Shown piece after piece: positions 1-18,907 of a DNA stretch of 64,000 bases. Source of the DNA: Eledone cirrhosa (lineage: Eukaryota); the NCBI GenBank assembly GCA_964016885.1, contig OZ024740.1, forward strand, positions 332,196,001 through 332,260,000, in the 5' to 3' direction. Both the position numbers and the translations under genes were made by a program. Each line of letters begins with the position of its first letter. The first letter of the stretch is position 1. Under the pieces are notes generated by a model. It ran no database searches, was not told where the DNA came from, and worked only from the letters and a program-made list of their open reading frames with translations.

Positions 1-210
1 GTCTATTTTTCTCAACCTGATTAGTTTCTTCGTTACTTTGGTATATATTGTGTGTTAGTTTAGCCTACCACAATGTCGGATTTGTCACGCTATTTAAATA
101 TATGTTATAACCCTGAGACCTATCTTATCGAGTGCTTCGCTAACCCATCACTTCATATAAGTAGGCCAAATTACTTGCAAACCGCCAGAGATTCGATTTT
201 ACTGATTCCC

Positions 211-275
<65 letters not shown>

Positions 276-326
276 TATATATATATATATATATATATGC
301 ATATATATATATATATATATATATAT

Positions 327-1296
327 CTAAGGCGGGTAAAATTCCCGAGATCCATGGACGAGTTCTCTCCAGCGGTCTCTGTCCCCCATTATCGCTGCCA
401 TATCCTGCATCTCCAACAGACCAGTGTCTGTCCTTAGGGCATCAACATATGTTAACCTTGGTCTTCCTCTTCTAGTGTGTCCATGTAGGGGCTCCCAAAG
501 GAGCACTGAGTGCAATGTCAACTCTGGATGTCGGTGAGCATGTCCAGCCAACCTCAGTCTTCTCTGTGTCACTTTTGAGCTGACTTTTGGGATGCTCCCA
601 TACAGCTCTGAGTTTTTCATCCTCAGTGTATACTGATTAATGTTCAGAGCCATCGTCAGCATTCTCGTGTAGCACCCATCCACCATCTGAGTGAGTCTCT
701 TGGTCAGTGTCCAAGTCTCAGACCCATACAGCAGCACAGACTCCACTACAGCAATGAAGAGGCGGATTTTCAGGTCTCTACGAAGGTCTGACTTCCACAC
801 CGATCTCAAGCTGTGACACGCCGCCCAGGCCTTGCTCTTCCTCTCAACCACATCATCTTCCGTATTCCCAATCTTTGCTCCCAAATACAGGAAGTCCTCA
901 ACCAATTCCAGCGGCTTCCCGCCTACATTAGTGATCCCCTCTGGCTTCTCAACATTCTCTACCAGATATTTTGTTTTAGTCTCATTCATTCTCAGCCCCA
1001 CACTCATCGACACAGTCTCAACCTCCCGCATCAAATCCCCTGCCTCCTTCACTGTATTTGTCACCAAAACTATGTCGTCGGCAAACTCAGCATCCGATAC
1101 CTTTTTCGCCCCAACTCTCCTGCTCTGAGCCGGTGCCACAATAAAGCCAGAGTCCTGGTGTTTCTCCAGTGCAAGGCGCATACAATAGTCCACTACGATG
1201 ATAAAAAGGTAGGGAGCCAATGTATCTCCCTGGAGCACTCCAGCCAGTATCTCAAAGAACTCTGTCATCCCATCAGGTGTAATGACTTGGGCTTTG

Positions 1297-1297
<1 letters not shown>
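327..1297 (-). mobile_element. 5'-truncated RTE-clade LINE, reverse transcriptase C-terminal half, embedded in (TA)n
   Basis: ORF 327..1367 has GVLQGDTLAPYLF, FADD, GLRMNETKTK, FLYLG, VLLYGSETWTLT, RGRPRLTY and DRDRWR, all typical of RTE RT and C-terminus. Both ends abut (TA)n. Confidence 0.9.
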
Positions 1298-1347
<50 letters not shown>

Positions 1348-1352
1348 CTTGT

Positions 1353-2192
<840 letters not shown>

Positions 2193-2256
2193 TAATAAAA
2201 ACAATGAATAAAAACAAAGAAACAGTTCCTTATATTAAAAAATTCATCATTTTACG

Positions 2257-2395
<139 letters not shown>

Positions 2396-2401
2396 TATAT
2401 A

Positions 2402-2709
<308 letters not shown>

Positions 2710-3149
2710 ATATAACGAAAGAGTTGTGGTAAGAGCACCAGGTAAATATAGCAGGTGTTTTAGACTCTACACTTTTTTTTATCACTTCTTACTATCCAAT
2801 TTTATAATTTTATATATTTTTCTCTTATTTATTTATCATCTCCTAATCTCAATTGATTTACCTATTCGATAACGTCCCTTCTCTATTTTCTCCAGAATCC
2901 TTTTCCGCCTACTTCCTCTGGCACAATCTTAGAATTTGCTGTAATTGAACGGCTCCACCCACTCCCTGATAGACTTAATTGTGTTTACAAGAAATTTTGA
3001 CCAATCCTCTTGACAACTACAATCTTCCCATATAAGGAATTACCGCTTGTAAAGTTCGGCTATTTATTTACCACGCTAAAAATTCTAATTTAGTCCAGAA
3101 ATAGCCGTCGAAACGGCTTGAGCTCTGCCGTTGGGGGTCATACATTTCC

Positions 3150-3190
<41 letters not shown>

Positions 3191-3200
3191 TTGTGTGTGT

Positions 3201-3297
<97 letters not shown>

Positions 3298-3905
3298 TGT
3301 GTGTGTTTGTGTGTGTGTTCCGGGTTCAATCGGGGCAACCACAGTAAGGAAGTGACTCATTACGTAGTAGAGTATAAATATTCAGTATAGAAATGGCTTT
3401 TATAGGAGTAGAAATATTTCATTCGAACGAAATCCCTAATGATTTCCTTCGAATGAAATAGTATCAGTATCAGTATTTATTGTTAGAACAAATAACAAGA
3501 ATAGCTGGTTTATTTTATATATAAAAAGGTTTACTTCACTTCACTTCATAAATTAACAAAGAACAGGTTATTAAGAGTTATAAACGGTTGAAAGTGTTTT
3601 TGGTGTTGCTTCATGATGCGGGTGTAAGTCTGAGGCCAGGAGAAAGAGTACAAGTCTGTGGTTGTCTGTAGACCCCAGTGGCCTGTAGTTATAGGTGAAT
3701 GTTTTACATAGTTATTCTTTGGCATGCGGCTCCGATCTCTCTGTGTGGTTAGAAGTGGGATCATACAGGCTTTTTATACCTGTCGTTTTCTGTTTCCCGC
3801 CTTGAGGGATTGCCCACGTACGAACTTGTTTTCGCCGAAAATGAGGTGACCCGGAATTTGACCTTTCTGGGTCACCCAGTGTTCAAGTCGTGGACAGATT
3901 TTGGT

Positions 3906-4590
<685 letters not shown>

Positions 4591-4683
4591 TATATATATA
4601 TATATATAAATGTAAGTATGTATACCTACATACATATATGTATACAGACGTACAGTAGTATGTATATATACATACATGCACAC

Positions 4684-4713
<30 letters not shown>

Positions 4714-4716
<3 letters not shown>

Positions 4717-5481
4717 AGATGGAGTTGGTCAGAGTATCACTTAAAGCTTTCTCTGTTAATGTATTAAATATTATACTCTTGGATGGCCAGATATGAAAAT
4801 TCCAAATATTTAGGTATGACTTTCTTTATTTATTCCTTATATGAAATATTGATTGCATTTTCCTGTATCTCATGCCTGATATTTTTGCCTGAGAAAATAC
4901 CTATATGTGTGTATAGATAGTACATACATATATTTATTATTTTTTTTAATATCCTATTGAATCTTAAACGCGTGGTTAAAATACCTAACAGGCTTCAATG
5001 ACCAACGTGTATATTATTTTATATTTTACGATGACCTCCCATTTCCCTTTTGGGGACAGTGTGAATTTTCTTTTTGAAGGACTACTAGCTTTTCAAATTT
5101 AGCTGTCCTTCTAGCACTGACAGAGGCCATCAGTAATTATTAATATCGATGTAAATTTTTATATCGATATTGCATTGGAATCCACTGATGAGTTATAAGG
5201 GCTCGCTTCTGTGTATTTCTTACGATTATATACAAGTTTCTACATAACTTGGACATCATTTATCCCAACTTGTAGAAATCTTATAACGAAACGATCGTAT
5301 GGAAAGAAAGAGAGATTTATTTAATTATGTCTCATATAAAATAATACAACCAATTTTCCACGGAATACCATATAGATAGCACCCCAAACACTTAATTGTG
5401 ATTATACTTAGGTATATCCTAATGTTTGCTGAGTGAGATGGAGTTGGTCAGAGTATCGCTTAAAGCTTTCTCAGTTAATGT
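4714..5481 (+). repeat. 719-bp unit bounded by ~48-bp direct repeats, containing one hammerhead (retrozyme/pLTR-like)
   Basis: gtgagatggagttggtcagagtatc(a/g)cttaaagctttctc(t/a)gttaatgt occurs at 4714 and 5433. Confidence 0.75.
5181..5303 (+). ncRNA. Type-I hammerhead ribozyme with extended loop II
   Basis: tcca CTGATGA gttataag ...~80 nt... cttataac GAAAC gatc GTA tgga: 4-bp stem I, 8-bp stem II, palindromic ACGATCGT stem III, GUA cleavage triplet. Confidence 0.8.
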
Positions 5482-5588
5482 TCAAATCCCGCCGAGGTTG
5501 ACTTTGCCTTTCATCCTTACGGGGGTCGATAAAATAAAGTACCAGTAATGCACTGGGTAATTGCTGGCCTTGTGCCTAAAGTAGAAAC

Positions 5589-5590
<2 letters not shown>
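5481..5590 (+). mobile_element. 5'-truncated tRNA-derived Nin/Deu-domain-type SINE (octopus-like)
   Basis: ttcaaatcccgccgaggttgactttgcctttcatccttacgggggtcgataaaataaagtaccagtaatgcactgg; many near-identical copies in this window. Confidence 0.85.
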
Positions 5591-5635
<45 letters not shown>

Positions 5636-5788
5636 AAATCAGGAGTTGACGGACCCAGCATATTTATCAATGCCAGGATCGGCTGTATCTCAGCGTGCTC
5701 AATGGGCAATGTAAGATACATTCCCAGAGTTATACACATAGTTATTCGCTTCAATGCAACACACGTAAAACAGATGCCTATAAAAGTT

Positions 5789-5896
5789 CCAGGACTCGAG
5801 TTTCGGGCACACTTAATGCAGCAGTAAGGTGCACTGCACCCTCCGTCTGCATATATTATGCAACAATGCATCGGTGTATGCAGCTTCATCAGCGGG
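5789..5896 (-). ncRNA. Type-I hammerhead motif with extended stem II
   Basis: Minus strand: cccg CTGATGA agctgcatac ... gtgtgccc GAAAC tcga GTC ctgg. Palindromic ACTCGAGT, GUC triplet, one mismatch in stem I. Confidence 0.65.
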
Positions 5897-6004
5897 TATC
5901 ACCTAATCAATAAACAATCTATATATTAAAATAACAGATTAAAGTTATATATATTTATCCTTATCGAGCCCTCTTTGGATTTTAGTCTTCACATTTATTA
6001 TTAT

Positions 6005-6073
<69 letters not shown>

Positions 6074-6940
6074 GGTGTGTCTGATGCGCGCACATGTGTG
6101 TTCATACTGCTTTCAACAAATGGATTTAAAAAGTGCTGGAAACCATGCTAAAGTCTAATATTTTATTTCGACTGAACTTGATGACTCGTAATTTGAACAT
6201 ATCCTGCCGTCCAGTCAAAATATCTGACAAAATATATTGAATGGAAAGAACAGACCATCTCCCATGTTAGTACATATGTGTATGCATGTGATAGTTTGTA
6301 TGATAAATGGCAAATAGAATGACACACAGGAGCTGGAAGAAGCAGAAAAGAATGGTAGGAATTAAGAAGTACAACTACTATTTGTGAAGCTGTGAAGCAT
6401 GGCAAATCTCATTGATTGGTTACTAGAATAGGGGAACGGTGAAATGGTAAAAAAGAGTTGGCATGGGAGCATGGGAGGTTTAGGTGTCAGCTCGGACTAA
6501 ATGAAATAGAAATACATGAGTCCAACACAATTCAAAGAGAAGACACACGCTCTCCTCTATTTAGGTTTTAATATTGATTGCCCACTCTACGGCACCACTG
6601 TATACAGTTTTGTCTTTCAACAATTTGTTCTGTTTGTATTTATAACAGTATTAAATAATGCTGAGATAGGAAGCATCTCAGACACGAAACAGTAACACAT
6701 ATTTGCAATGAAATGAAAACTGACTGGCTTAGATCTAAGCAGTAAAATTCATCAATATATTATCGTATATAAAAATAAATTTAATCGCGCATTTGACTAG
6801 CACACAATAAAACAAGCAAAATACACACAAACACACATATACACATACACTTGCAAGCAGTCGCACACACATGCTCACGCACACACCCTCACAAATACAC
6901 ACACATACACACACAACACAGACAGACAGACACACACACA

Positions 6941-6973
<33 letters not shown>

Positions 6974-7109
6974 TGGTTGAAATATTGTATATCATAAACA
7001 GGCAATAAGATGTTATATTCAAAATTCAAATGTTTTGTCTCTATTTTCTGATATTGGCGACTCGCTCCAAATCAGCTCACATCAAGCGGACTGATGTTTA
7101 TGATCTTTG

Positions 7110-8640
7110 CGCCAATGACCATACTTTCCCGTTTTCCAAAATGAATTCCGCATAATGCAATATTATGTGTTCATTTTGTCAAAGATGATAAGGTGTAGGT
7201 TGAGAGATTTCACTGCTATACCTAGCAGGCAGAATAACTATAAAGAATCTCTTCTCCTGGATCACAAATTTTCTTTTTTTTCTTGACTGATAAATTAATC
7301 GGACAGTAGGGCGTAGTGAAGCATTCTCAACATCACTACGTATACTTGTATAGCGTACCGCGTCTTCCAAAACAGAATTATTAATACTTTATTCCTTCTA
7401 CCAATTCGTAGCAAACAAAGCTTGTCTAATGCACGATGTTGAACTCAGTTTTAAATTATTGAGATAACAAAGCAATTACAATTTTCCGGTGTCGTAATTA
7501 AAACATATTTCATAAAGAGGAACATGATGCTTAATGTGTTATTTTATTATCAATTATACATCTCTCTTGAGTAAATTTGTAAACTTAGGTCCCTTGTTAT
7601 TGAATCCCGAGAAATTATCTTCTCTCATCCAAATTAGCTTTTCTATTTGATATGTTAAAATGTTGGAACCACTATTCTATCACTAGATCATGGCGCCTGA
7701 ATTTCATAATTACGGGGATAGTTTTAGAAGCAAATACTATCATAAAATCAAGTAAGTGTCAAGATCAACATCACGTGCGATATATCTTCTTGTTTGAAGT
7801 AGAACTTATATAGATGCAATTTATAAGCACTTGTCACAGAGAACTATATACCATCGAATTTAACTCATTTCATATACTTCATGGTCAAATCCATCATTTG
7901 AAAGAATTTCATCTCTTAACGGTTGGATGATAAATTTGAAAATAGATTTAGAACGATTCGGCGGAACAAGTGAACTGAGATCCATGCTGCTGTACCAACT
8001 TTCCCATTACAGGCAGAAGTTGTTATTGGATAGGTTTGCAGTCGGCTGCATTCTCTTATATTTCTTCATCTTTTGCGCTTCTTAATTTTACTTGCAGTAA
8101 AATTATCTTTAATAACATAATCCTGTGTAAAAGGTCAAGATTAACGTTTATGCAATAGTGATGTAAAGAACCCTTCTTCAATGGTTCAATAGGAAAACCA
8201 GCCGTCCGCCTACTTCTGCATGAAAGCTTGTTATTAAGTCAGCCAATGCAATTCATATACTTAGACCCAGTTATTCTATTACATGAAAACATGTCGAAAA
8301 TGACAAGCTATATACAGAAGGAAAAAATCTAAATCAGCGACAACTATATTGCTTCCTAATCGATTTCCGAATATGATCGATGCAAGTGAATATCCGCTAA
8401 AATTAAAATATATCGCCGAGAATGCTTCTTTATTATATATTTCTTTCATCTTTCGTTTAAGTTAGACATTGATGCTGTGGTATGCCACAGAAATCCTATC
8501 ATTTCTCCATGTTCATATCAATGATGTTTTAGATATTTTCATTGAAGTCAACTTCCTGACGGGCAAAAACACGCCAGTTGTCAAAGAGGTTGGACAATCC
8601 TAGAAGATTTCTTCTCTCTCTCTCCCTCTCTCTCTCTCTC

Positions 8641-8693
<53 letters not shown>

Positions 8694-9200
8694 CGATCGA
8701 TCTATCTACCTATCTCACGCAGTTTCTCTCTGATTATAACAGTAGAGGTTTTCTTTATGAGCGAAGTATTGTAGATATAAATATTATTCATTATTATTAT
8801 TATTATTATTATTGCTTTCTTTTTCTTCACACGTGTTTTTCTTCGCTTTGGTTGCCGTAAATTACCAGCTTCTACTTGTTTACAAGAAAGATATAGTTAA
8901 AATTCTGTTAAGTTTATTTGCGTAAGGGCCCTCTCTTTATTTTGCTAAGGGAGCGACACACAAACTTCAGTCACTTAGGGGCAAAAGCTTTATTTTTAGA
9001 TGCAAAGACGTTGCAATATTTCAGCCAAAAAAGATGGTGGAAAAGTATTCTCCTCCAACTGCATCCGCAGGTCAAAACGGTCAACATTATTTACTTATGA
9101 AGTGAACAGCCAACTACCACTTCACACTGATAAATATATTTCTGAATATATAATTCCTGATAAGCAGCATCGGCAACAAAAACTGTATTGTGAACTTACA
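7110..9200 (-). pseudogene. Heavily decayed LRR + TIR (Toll-like receptor-like) coding remnant
   Basis: Hand translation of minus strand across frameshifts. TIR-like: RKIVIALLSQ*FKTEFNIVH* (~7425-7488), GRRNKVLIILF (~7370-7402), KMNT*YCIMRNSFWK (~7133-7180). LRR-like upstream: NLSNNNF (~8016-8037), TIEEGFFTSL (~8157-8186), FSCNRIT (~8270-8290), YANKLNRI and LVIYGN (~8850-8925). Confidence 0.5.
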
Positions 9201-10249
9201 AGCAAACAACCAGATCAATAAGCCGACACACAAGAAATAGTACTAAAACAAAAACAATAACTATAACAATAACAACAACCACCACCATAATAATAAACAC
9301 CACATCTGCCACCACCACGACCACCACCATCACCAACACAGCCGCTGGCGCTACCATTAACACTACTACCACAATGGCAGGCTCATAACTGAGGAGAGTG
9401 TTACTAGGACCATGCAGCTCATAACAAGTGTCGACCAAACAATATATTAACTATTTGGATAATGTCTCCAGGTTACTTTAAAACAACTGTTTTATACAAA
9501 TTCATGGGTACCAAGTTCAAGAACCTTGAGAGAACATACAGGGACATAATCGAAAGATGCTTAAGGTCAATATCAAAACCTATATAATGTGAAGGAAAGA
9601 AATGACACGGTAGGGTAAAAAAAGCACTTCTGAAACACTTAACACACCACAAGAGCCACAGCAGAAAACAAATCTAACTACAGAAACGAAAGCAACAACA
9701 ATAAGAACAGCATAAATAACGGCAACACTAGCTCCCACAACATCAGCAACAAAATCTACCAATCACAATAGAACGCCTAAAGAGATGCCAGTTTCCAGTT
9801 ACAACTCGGATATGCCAAATAAAGAATGAGCCGAAATGGCGAATGGAAACTATTCTCAAAAAAGAGAAAGAAAGCAAAAACAAATCAAATGAATGCATAA
9901 AAAAGTGAGCAGGATGAAATTAAAATCACAAACCAAACAACAACAGCAACAGCGTACTACCCGATTACAGGCAGATGTGTGGGGCTTTTACGGCGCCACT
10001 TTGCTCATTTGTTTCCGCTCTCTCTCCACAGATCTTACAAAACTGACTAACATCATCCTTGTCAATATGATGTTCCATCCATTTCGTTCTAAAGGCTTGC
10101 TCCTCCGAAGCTAGTAGCATTTCTTCTATATTTTTCTTAACCTCACATTTCCTCTAACTAGTTCCATGCGTGTGAATCTCTAAATTCTGTTTTTATTTTT
10201 TCTTTAAAACGATGCTATCATTGGCAGTACTGTTAAATAATCATACAGC

Positions 10250-10385
10250 ATGTGGCATATAGTTACGATTCTTTACGTTCTGAGTTCAAATGCCAGCGAG
10301 GCTAACTTTATCTTTCATCATTACGGGTTCGATAAAATAAAGGACCAATACCGCTCTGTGATCGATTTAATCGAATTTTTCCTTC
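10250..10385 (+). mobile_element. Diverged Nin-domain-type SINE
   Basis: ctgagttcaaatgccagcgaggctaactttatctttcatcattacgggttcgataaaataaaggacca. Confidence 0.7.
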
Positions 10386-10407
10386 CCCATTATTATTATC
10401 ATTATTA

Positions 10408-10512
10408 TTGTTCTTAGAGTCTCAGTCATTGATGTTATTTAACTGGAAAGTTTCTTCGAATGAACATCAAGCCGTAACCTGCAGCCTCAGATATTTACGA
10501 CGTATCGGAGGG
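10408..10512 (-). mobile_element. Extreme 3' fragment of Dong/R4 family B LINE
   Basis: gagtctcagtcattgatgttatttaactggaaagttt... matches the 3' ends at 51970 and 56879; flanked by (TTA)n. Confidence 0.8.
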
Positions 10513-10544
10513 TTATTATTACTATTATTATTATTATTATTATT

Positions 10545-13500
10545 GGCGACCTACGTAGGAAATCGTATCATCGTGAGCTCCGCAAAGATTTGTTGTTTTC
10601 GTTTGTTTAAAATTGCCATTTATGGAACATTTTTGTTGTTATCTATTTATAAAGTCACAAAATCTGCTTTCGGAAAAGGACACTCAAAAAGATTGGGGCC
10701 TTGAGCCCAAAATTTAAACTTTTATAATTATCAAACAAAAAATGTCTTTGAAAAAATCATGGACGACTCACAACTACACCAAGTAGCTGAGAGCCTTCCT
10801 CACAAACTAACACCTCACATCAACACCACCATTGTAAATATTACTACGATTGCCAACACTAAAAATATAAGCAGTAGCAATAATTTAAATTTGTCTCATG
10901 CAGACATTCATTTCCCGCCATTACCAATGACTGCATGTGTTGAAGCCGCCACAGCGACAACAGAAACAAAAGAAAAAAATAAATTATCTCGTGACATCGA
11001 AATGGATTCACCCAGAATGGACTCTTCCACACCGAACACCACTGACGCCACCACCACCACAACTGAAACTAAAAATAACAATAACAAAAGTAACAATAAC
11101 AACAACAGCAACAACAACAATGAGAATAACAGCATCGTGTCTTTTGCTAAAGCAGCTAAAACATGTGAAACAATTCAGGTAACTCAGGAGGAACAAGATG
11201 AAGCCAAGAAAATGGTAAAGAAAGATGGGTACAGGGTCAGCCTCACCCCCACCAAATAAAATGGAGCATCGGCGCCTATGCACCGTGTCTTATCGGACGA
11301 TTAACATAGAATCGTTCCGAGTGGAACGGGCATCCGAGTCCCAAATCCAAAAAACTTTGGGACAAGTGTGGGCAAAAAAACCCCCACATCAGACGTGGGC
11401 AGAAATATTAATCCGTGGACGTGTTCTTTGCAACACCAGAGGAGGCCAGAGAACACTCCATGGTCCCATTAAGAAGTGACAATTTCACACTCGTCCCAAG
11501 CTATTGTGGCCAGAGACTCGTGAAGATCAGGGTGACCCACGTTCCACCGGCCATCGTGATTCCCTGGCTAATGGCTGCCCTCCTCGCCGGCATCGAGGCC
11601 AACACCAAGATAATCGAAAATGCAGGAGAACTAGTCCGGATCTGGGATGGAGCTCCTGATCCAAGCGGACCAAAACAGCATTGAGGAGATACCAGAGGTA
11701 ATCGACCTCACTGACGGCAGCGACCTCACCGTAATCGTTGAGGGCAGAAGGCCTAGGTGTGTCGTTTGTGGTGAAGAAACCCACCTAAGGGCTTTCTGCC
11801 CTCAGGCTAAAAGGTTGAAGCCACCTCTCTTACCCACCCCAGTGACTCAACCATCAACACCACCAGCAGCAGAAATGGCAGCAACAACTGTAGCAGCAAC
11901 AACAGAAGCAACTGTAACAGCAACAACTCCAGAAACAGTAGCAAAACCAACACCACCACCACCACCCAACGCGCCAGAACTAGCACCGGCGCTTACACCA
12001 TCCACCACGCCACAACCAAAACTAACGCCTGTGGAGGATTTTCCCCTCCCCGACTTATCGCAACTGGAGACAGATTTTGACGACGAGGAGTGGGAAACGG
12101 TACCAGGAAAAAAGAAAAAAAAATCCTCTTCCTTCCCCCTCCAAAAACAAAATACAGAGGGAAACAAACAAACTAACAAACAAAAAAGTTAGGACAGCTA
12201 TGCCACCATCCACACCAGCATCACCAACCACATCAACACAAACACCAACACCATCATTAACCCCAACACCACCATCACCAACACCACAAAAGTCACCAAA
12301 AAGCGAAACAGAAACAAACCCACAACAAACGCAAACAAACCAAAACAACCAAAACGATACACACTACACAGCATTAAATTTGAACAACAACCAATTATTA
12401 CACTACATGCAACACAACACAAGAATCACAGAAAAAGACTACACAACACCCCAAAATTTCACACCACCTCCACACCTACAGATCACTCGCATCACACAGA
12501 AAACGTACACGACACTGAAATAAAAATTCCCCAAAGACATCGGAGACTCTTGACAAGCACTCTCCGGGAGGATTTATAGGGACATCCTTCCGGAGGAGGC
12601 CACAAGCAGTGAAAAGGATGGAGAAACCATACTTCCTCTACGAAAAGTAAGGTAAGTGGTCTTTCCTATCTTTTCCACTCCATTTCAACATGACCTCACT
12701 CAGAATAGGCAGCATAAATGCGCGTGGATTGGGGTCGTCATAGAAGCAGGGCCACCTGCTCAACGCCTCAGGTCACTAAAGAATGTGACACGACGGGCGC
12801 ATGCTACTCGATCCCGGGAAAATGTGTGAAGCTTTTCAGCGACACTTCACTCAGCTGTTCGGGGGCAGCGGTGGGCCGGGTCGAGGGATGGACTTTAGTG
12901 TCTACCTCGACGGACTGCCGCGGCTCTCGGCCACTGAGGCGGAGTGTTGCGAAAAGCCGATAACAGCCGCTTTAGTAAGGGAGGCAATGTCTGGCTGCAC
13001 AAGGGGTAAATCGCCTGGTTTGGATGAACTTTACGTACAGATGAACTTTACGTACAGATGCCCGACTTGTTCGGAGGCCTCTTGGCAGACGTCTACTGCA
13101 ACTGGCAACAGAACGGGAGATTTCCCAGTTCTGTGAGCCGAGGAGCGGTGGCACTGCTGAGAAAGGATCCGAACAAGGGGGATAACATAGATAATTTCCG
13201 GCCCATAACTCTGCTAAACACAGAGTTCAAGATTTTGGCCAAGGTGCTAGGAAAGAGGTTGGCGCTTGTCGTTGGTGGTCTGATGGGAGAGGCGCAGACA
13301 TGCGCCATTCCCGACAGATCCATCCACGACAACCTCCACCTCATGCGATACATCGTAGAGAGGGTAGCTAGGGAACCTGGCACGGGTGGGTCCTTGATCA
13401 ATTTAGATCAGTAGAAAGCTTTCGATAGGGTCGACCATCGTTACCTAGCGGCAGTCCTGACGGCGGCTGGCTTTGGGCCCGTCTTCAGAGGCTGGATTGC

Positions 13501-15293
13501 TGCCATGCACAGAGACATCTGCTCTGTGGTGTGAGTGAACGGTCACCTGTCGGAACCGTTCAACATCATGGGCTCGGTCCACCAAGGATGACCCCCTCTC
13601 GTCCCTCTTGTACGTATTGACTCTCGAGCCATTACTGCACAAACTGGAGACGTTGAGGGGCGTCCCGCGCGAACTAGGATGCGGAAGATCCGTGTCAGCA
13701 TATGCGGACGTGTCACCGTAGTGGTGTCGAACGCCAAACACATCGAGGCGATCGGCACTACACTAAGAGAATACGAAGCGCTGACAGGAGCAATGATCAA
13801 CCAGGAAAAGTCAGTGGGCCTGCAGCTCGGCACCTGGAGAGGCAGGTCCATGCCGTCCAACAGCGTCGTCGGACGCTGGACGGATGGACCGGTTAAATTG
13901 CTAGGGTCTGGTTCGGTCCGGACCTCCAGACGGACAAAAACTGGGACGAGATGACGAGCAGGGTGGCTTCTCTCACCCAGAAATGGTCGGAGAGGAAGCT
14001 AGCCCTGAAAGGTCGAGCGGAGGTGGCTAACGCGTACATCGCGTCTGTCATCTGCTACCGCCTGACCGTCGTACCTTGTCCTAAGCCTCGCCTGACTGCG
14101 CTGGTGCGTTTGCTCTTTCGCTTTTTGTGGAAGGGACGCGCTCCGATGGTCAAGCGGTCCATCTGTTGTCAACACCCGCTACGTGGGTGGCTGATGATGC
14201 GCAGGCACGCGCTCAGGCTACGACATCTCCACCTCTTCCTCGACGGTGATCAGGTGTGGTCGCCGTTTGCTAGACGCGTATTTCCCCAGCTCGTCTCCTT
14301 GACGGAGCTGCAGTCCTGGGTCAAGCGAAGACCGAGAGGGAGCGCCTGGAGACTGGAATGTTTTCAGGCGCTCACAGCCCTCGACCAATCGGGCAGTGTG
14401 ATCGGTGGAAACTCCACCTCGGCGTTCTATAGAGGATTAGTGGAGGGGAAGAGCGACGACGTACTTGGGGAAACTCTAGTCGTCGACGAAAATCAACTAG
14501 CCAATCTCTTCGGAAGAACTTTCGGGCCAGGGACTATGGACAACTTCCAGAAATCTCTGGCCTGGCAGTGCTACCGAGGAGCCTTTTCAGTTCGGGATAA
14601 ACTCTAAAGGCATGGAGGTGCCGTCAGCCGGGAATGTCCGAGATGCGCGCAGGGCGACGAAACCGTCCTGCACGCACTCGTCCAATGTCCGAAAATTGCT
14701 GGCTTGTGGGTTTATGTCGAACACCTGCTGTCGCGTGTAGGACGGATCCGGCTATCATCTGAGTCCATCGTGAGGATTGCCCCGCCCTCCTCCTTTAGCC
14801 GGGAAGGGCAGGCAGTTTTTATCTGTCTGGTGGCCATGGCGAAAGAGATAGTATGGTGGACACGTTTGAAAGGGCTGAAGACGAGCACTTACCTCTTCGG
14901 TGATGCTCTGATTGAGTTTTTCAAATTTCATTTGAAAAGGAAAATCAGAGTAGAGAGGGAAGTGCTCTCTTCCCAGCATTTTGTTGAAAGATGGGTGAGA
15001 GAAGCAAGAATGGCCCGAGTGAATGGGCCTACTCTGAGTATATATCTGTAAATTAAAGGCGGAAAACTGGGAGAGGGCACTTGGTGGTCAGGGTCATTGT
15101 GGCCTTTTACTGGGCTTTCTCCACAATGTCCCTCGGAAGTCTTCCCCCTATTGGGGAATTTTTCATTGTTATTTTTTGTTACATCCTCTGTTTTTGTTTT
15201 TTACACGCAGAAATGCCCATTTGTACCGTCCTGTATTGTCCTGCAATGTCCTTAATGTCTACTTTATGTAAACCCTTGTGGTTAATAAAGAAA

Positions 15294-15295
<2 letters not shown>
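10545..15295 (+). mobile_element. L1/Tx1-clade LINE copy A (ORF1 with CCHC knuckle; ORF2 RT disrupted; ~1-kb deletion of most of the APE endonuclease)
   Basis: CVVCGEETHLRAFC knuckle; GKSPGLD, NFRPITLLNTEFKILAKVL and LDQ*KAFDRVDH RT motifs; C-terminal C..C...DETVLH....C; aataaa then (TTA)n. Colinear with copy B except that ~48361-49397 is missing at ~12780. Confidence 0.93.
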
Positions 15296-15352
<57 letters not shown>

Positions 15353-15354
15353 TC

Positions 15355-18560
<3,206 letters not shown>

Positions 18561-18668
18561 AACCTCGATCGGTGCGTGTGTTGTATCTTGCAGAATAAAT
18601 AATATATATATGCATATAAATGAATACAAAATATATATAAATATAAACAATATATATATATATATATA

Positions 18669-18712
<44 letters not shown>

Positions 18713-18907
18713 CATACATACATTTTCAAAGTAGATGTTACTGTTCTATTTTATCACCGCAATCATAGCGTATGGTTTTATCGGTATGTCAACATAGTCG
18801 TACCTATCTACGTAAGCTCTGGGATCACATAGACCAGTACCCACCGGGTTATTCGTATTATAATAAATACGAAGACACAGTGTTACATTTCTATACTTCA
18901 ATTCTTT

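Noticed and set aside
3100-3120. gccgtcgaaacggc hairpin near (TA)n
   Set aside because: No CUGANGA core or other context; an isolated short hairpin.
3470-3780. Possible LINE 3' end with aataaa and (CAGTAT)n tail on the minus strand
   Set aside because: The translation has no diagnostic motif, so the family cannot be assigned.
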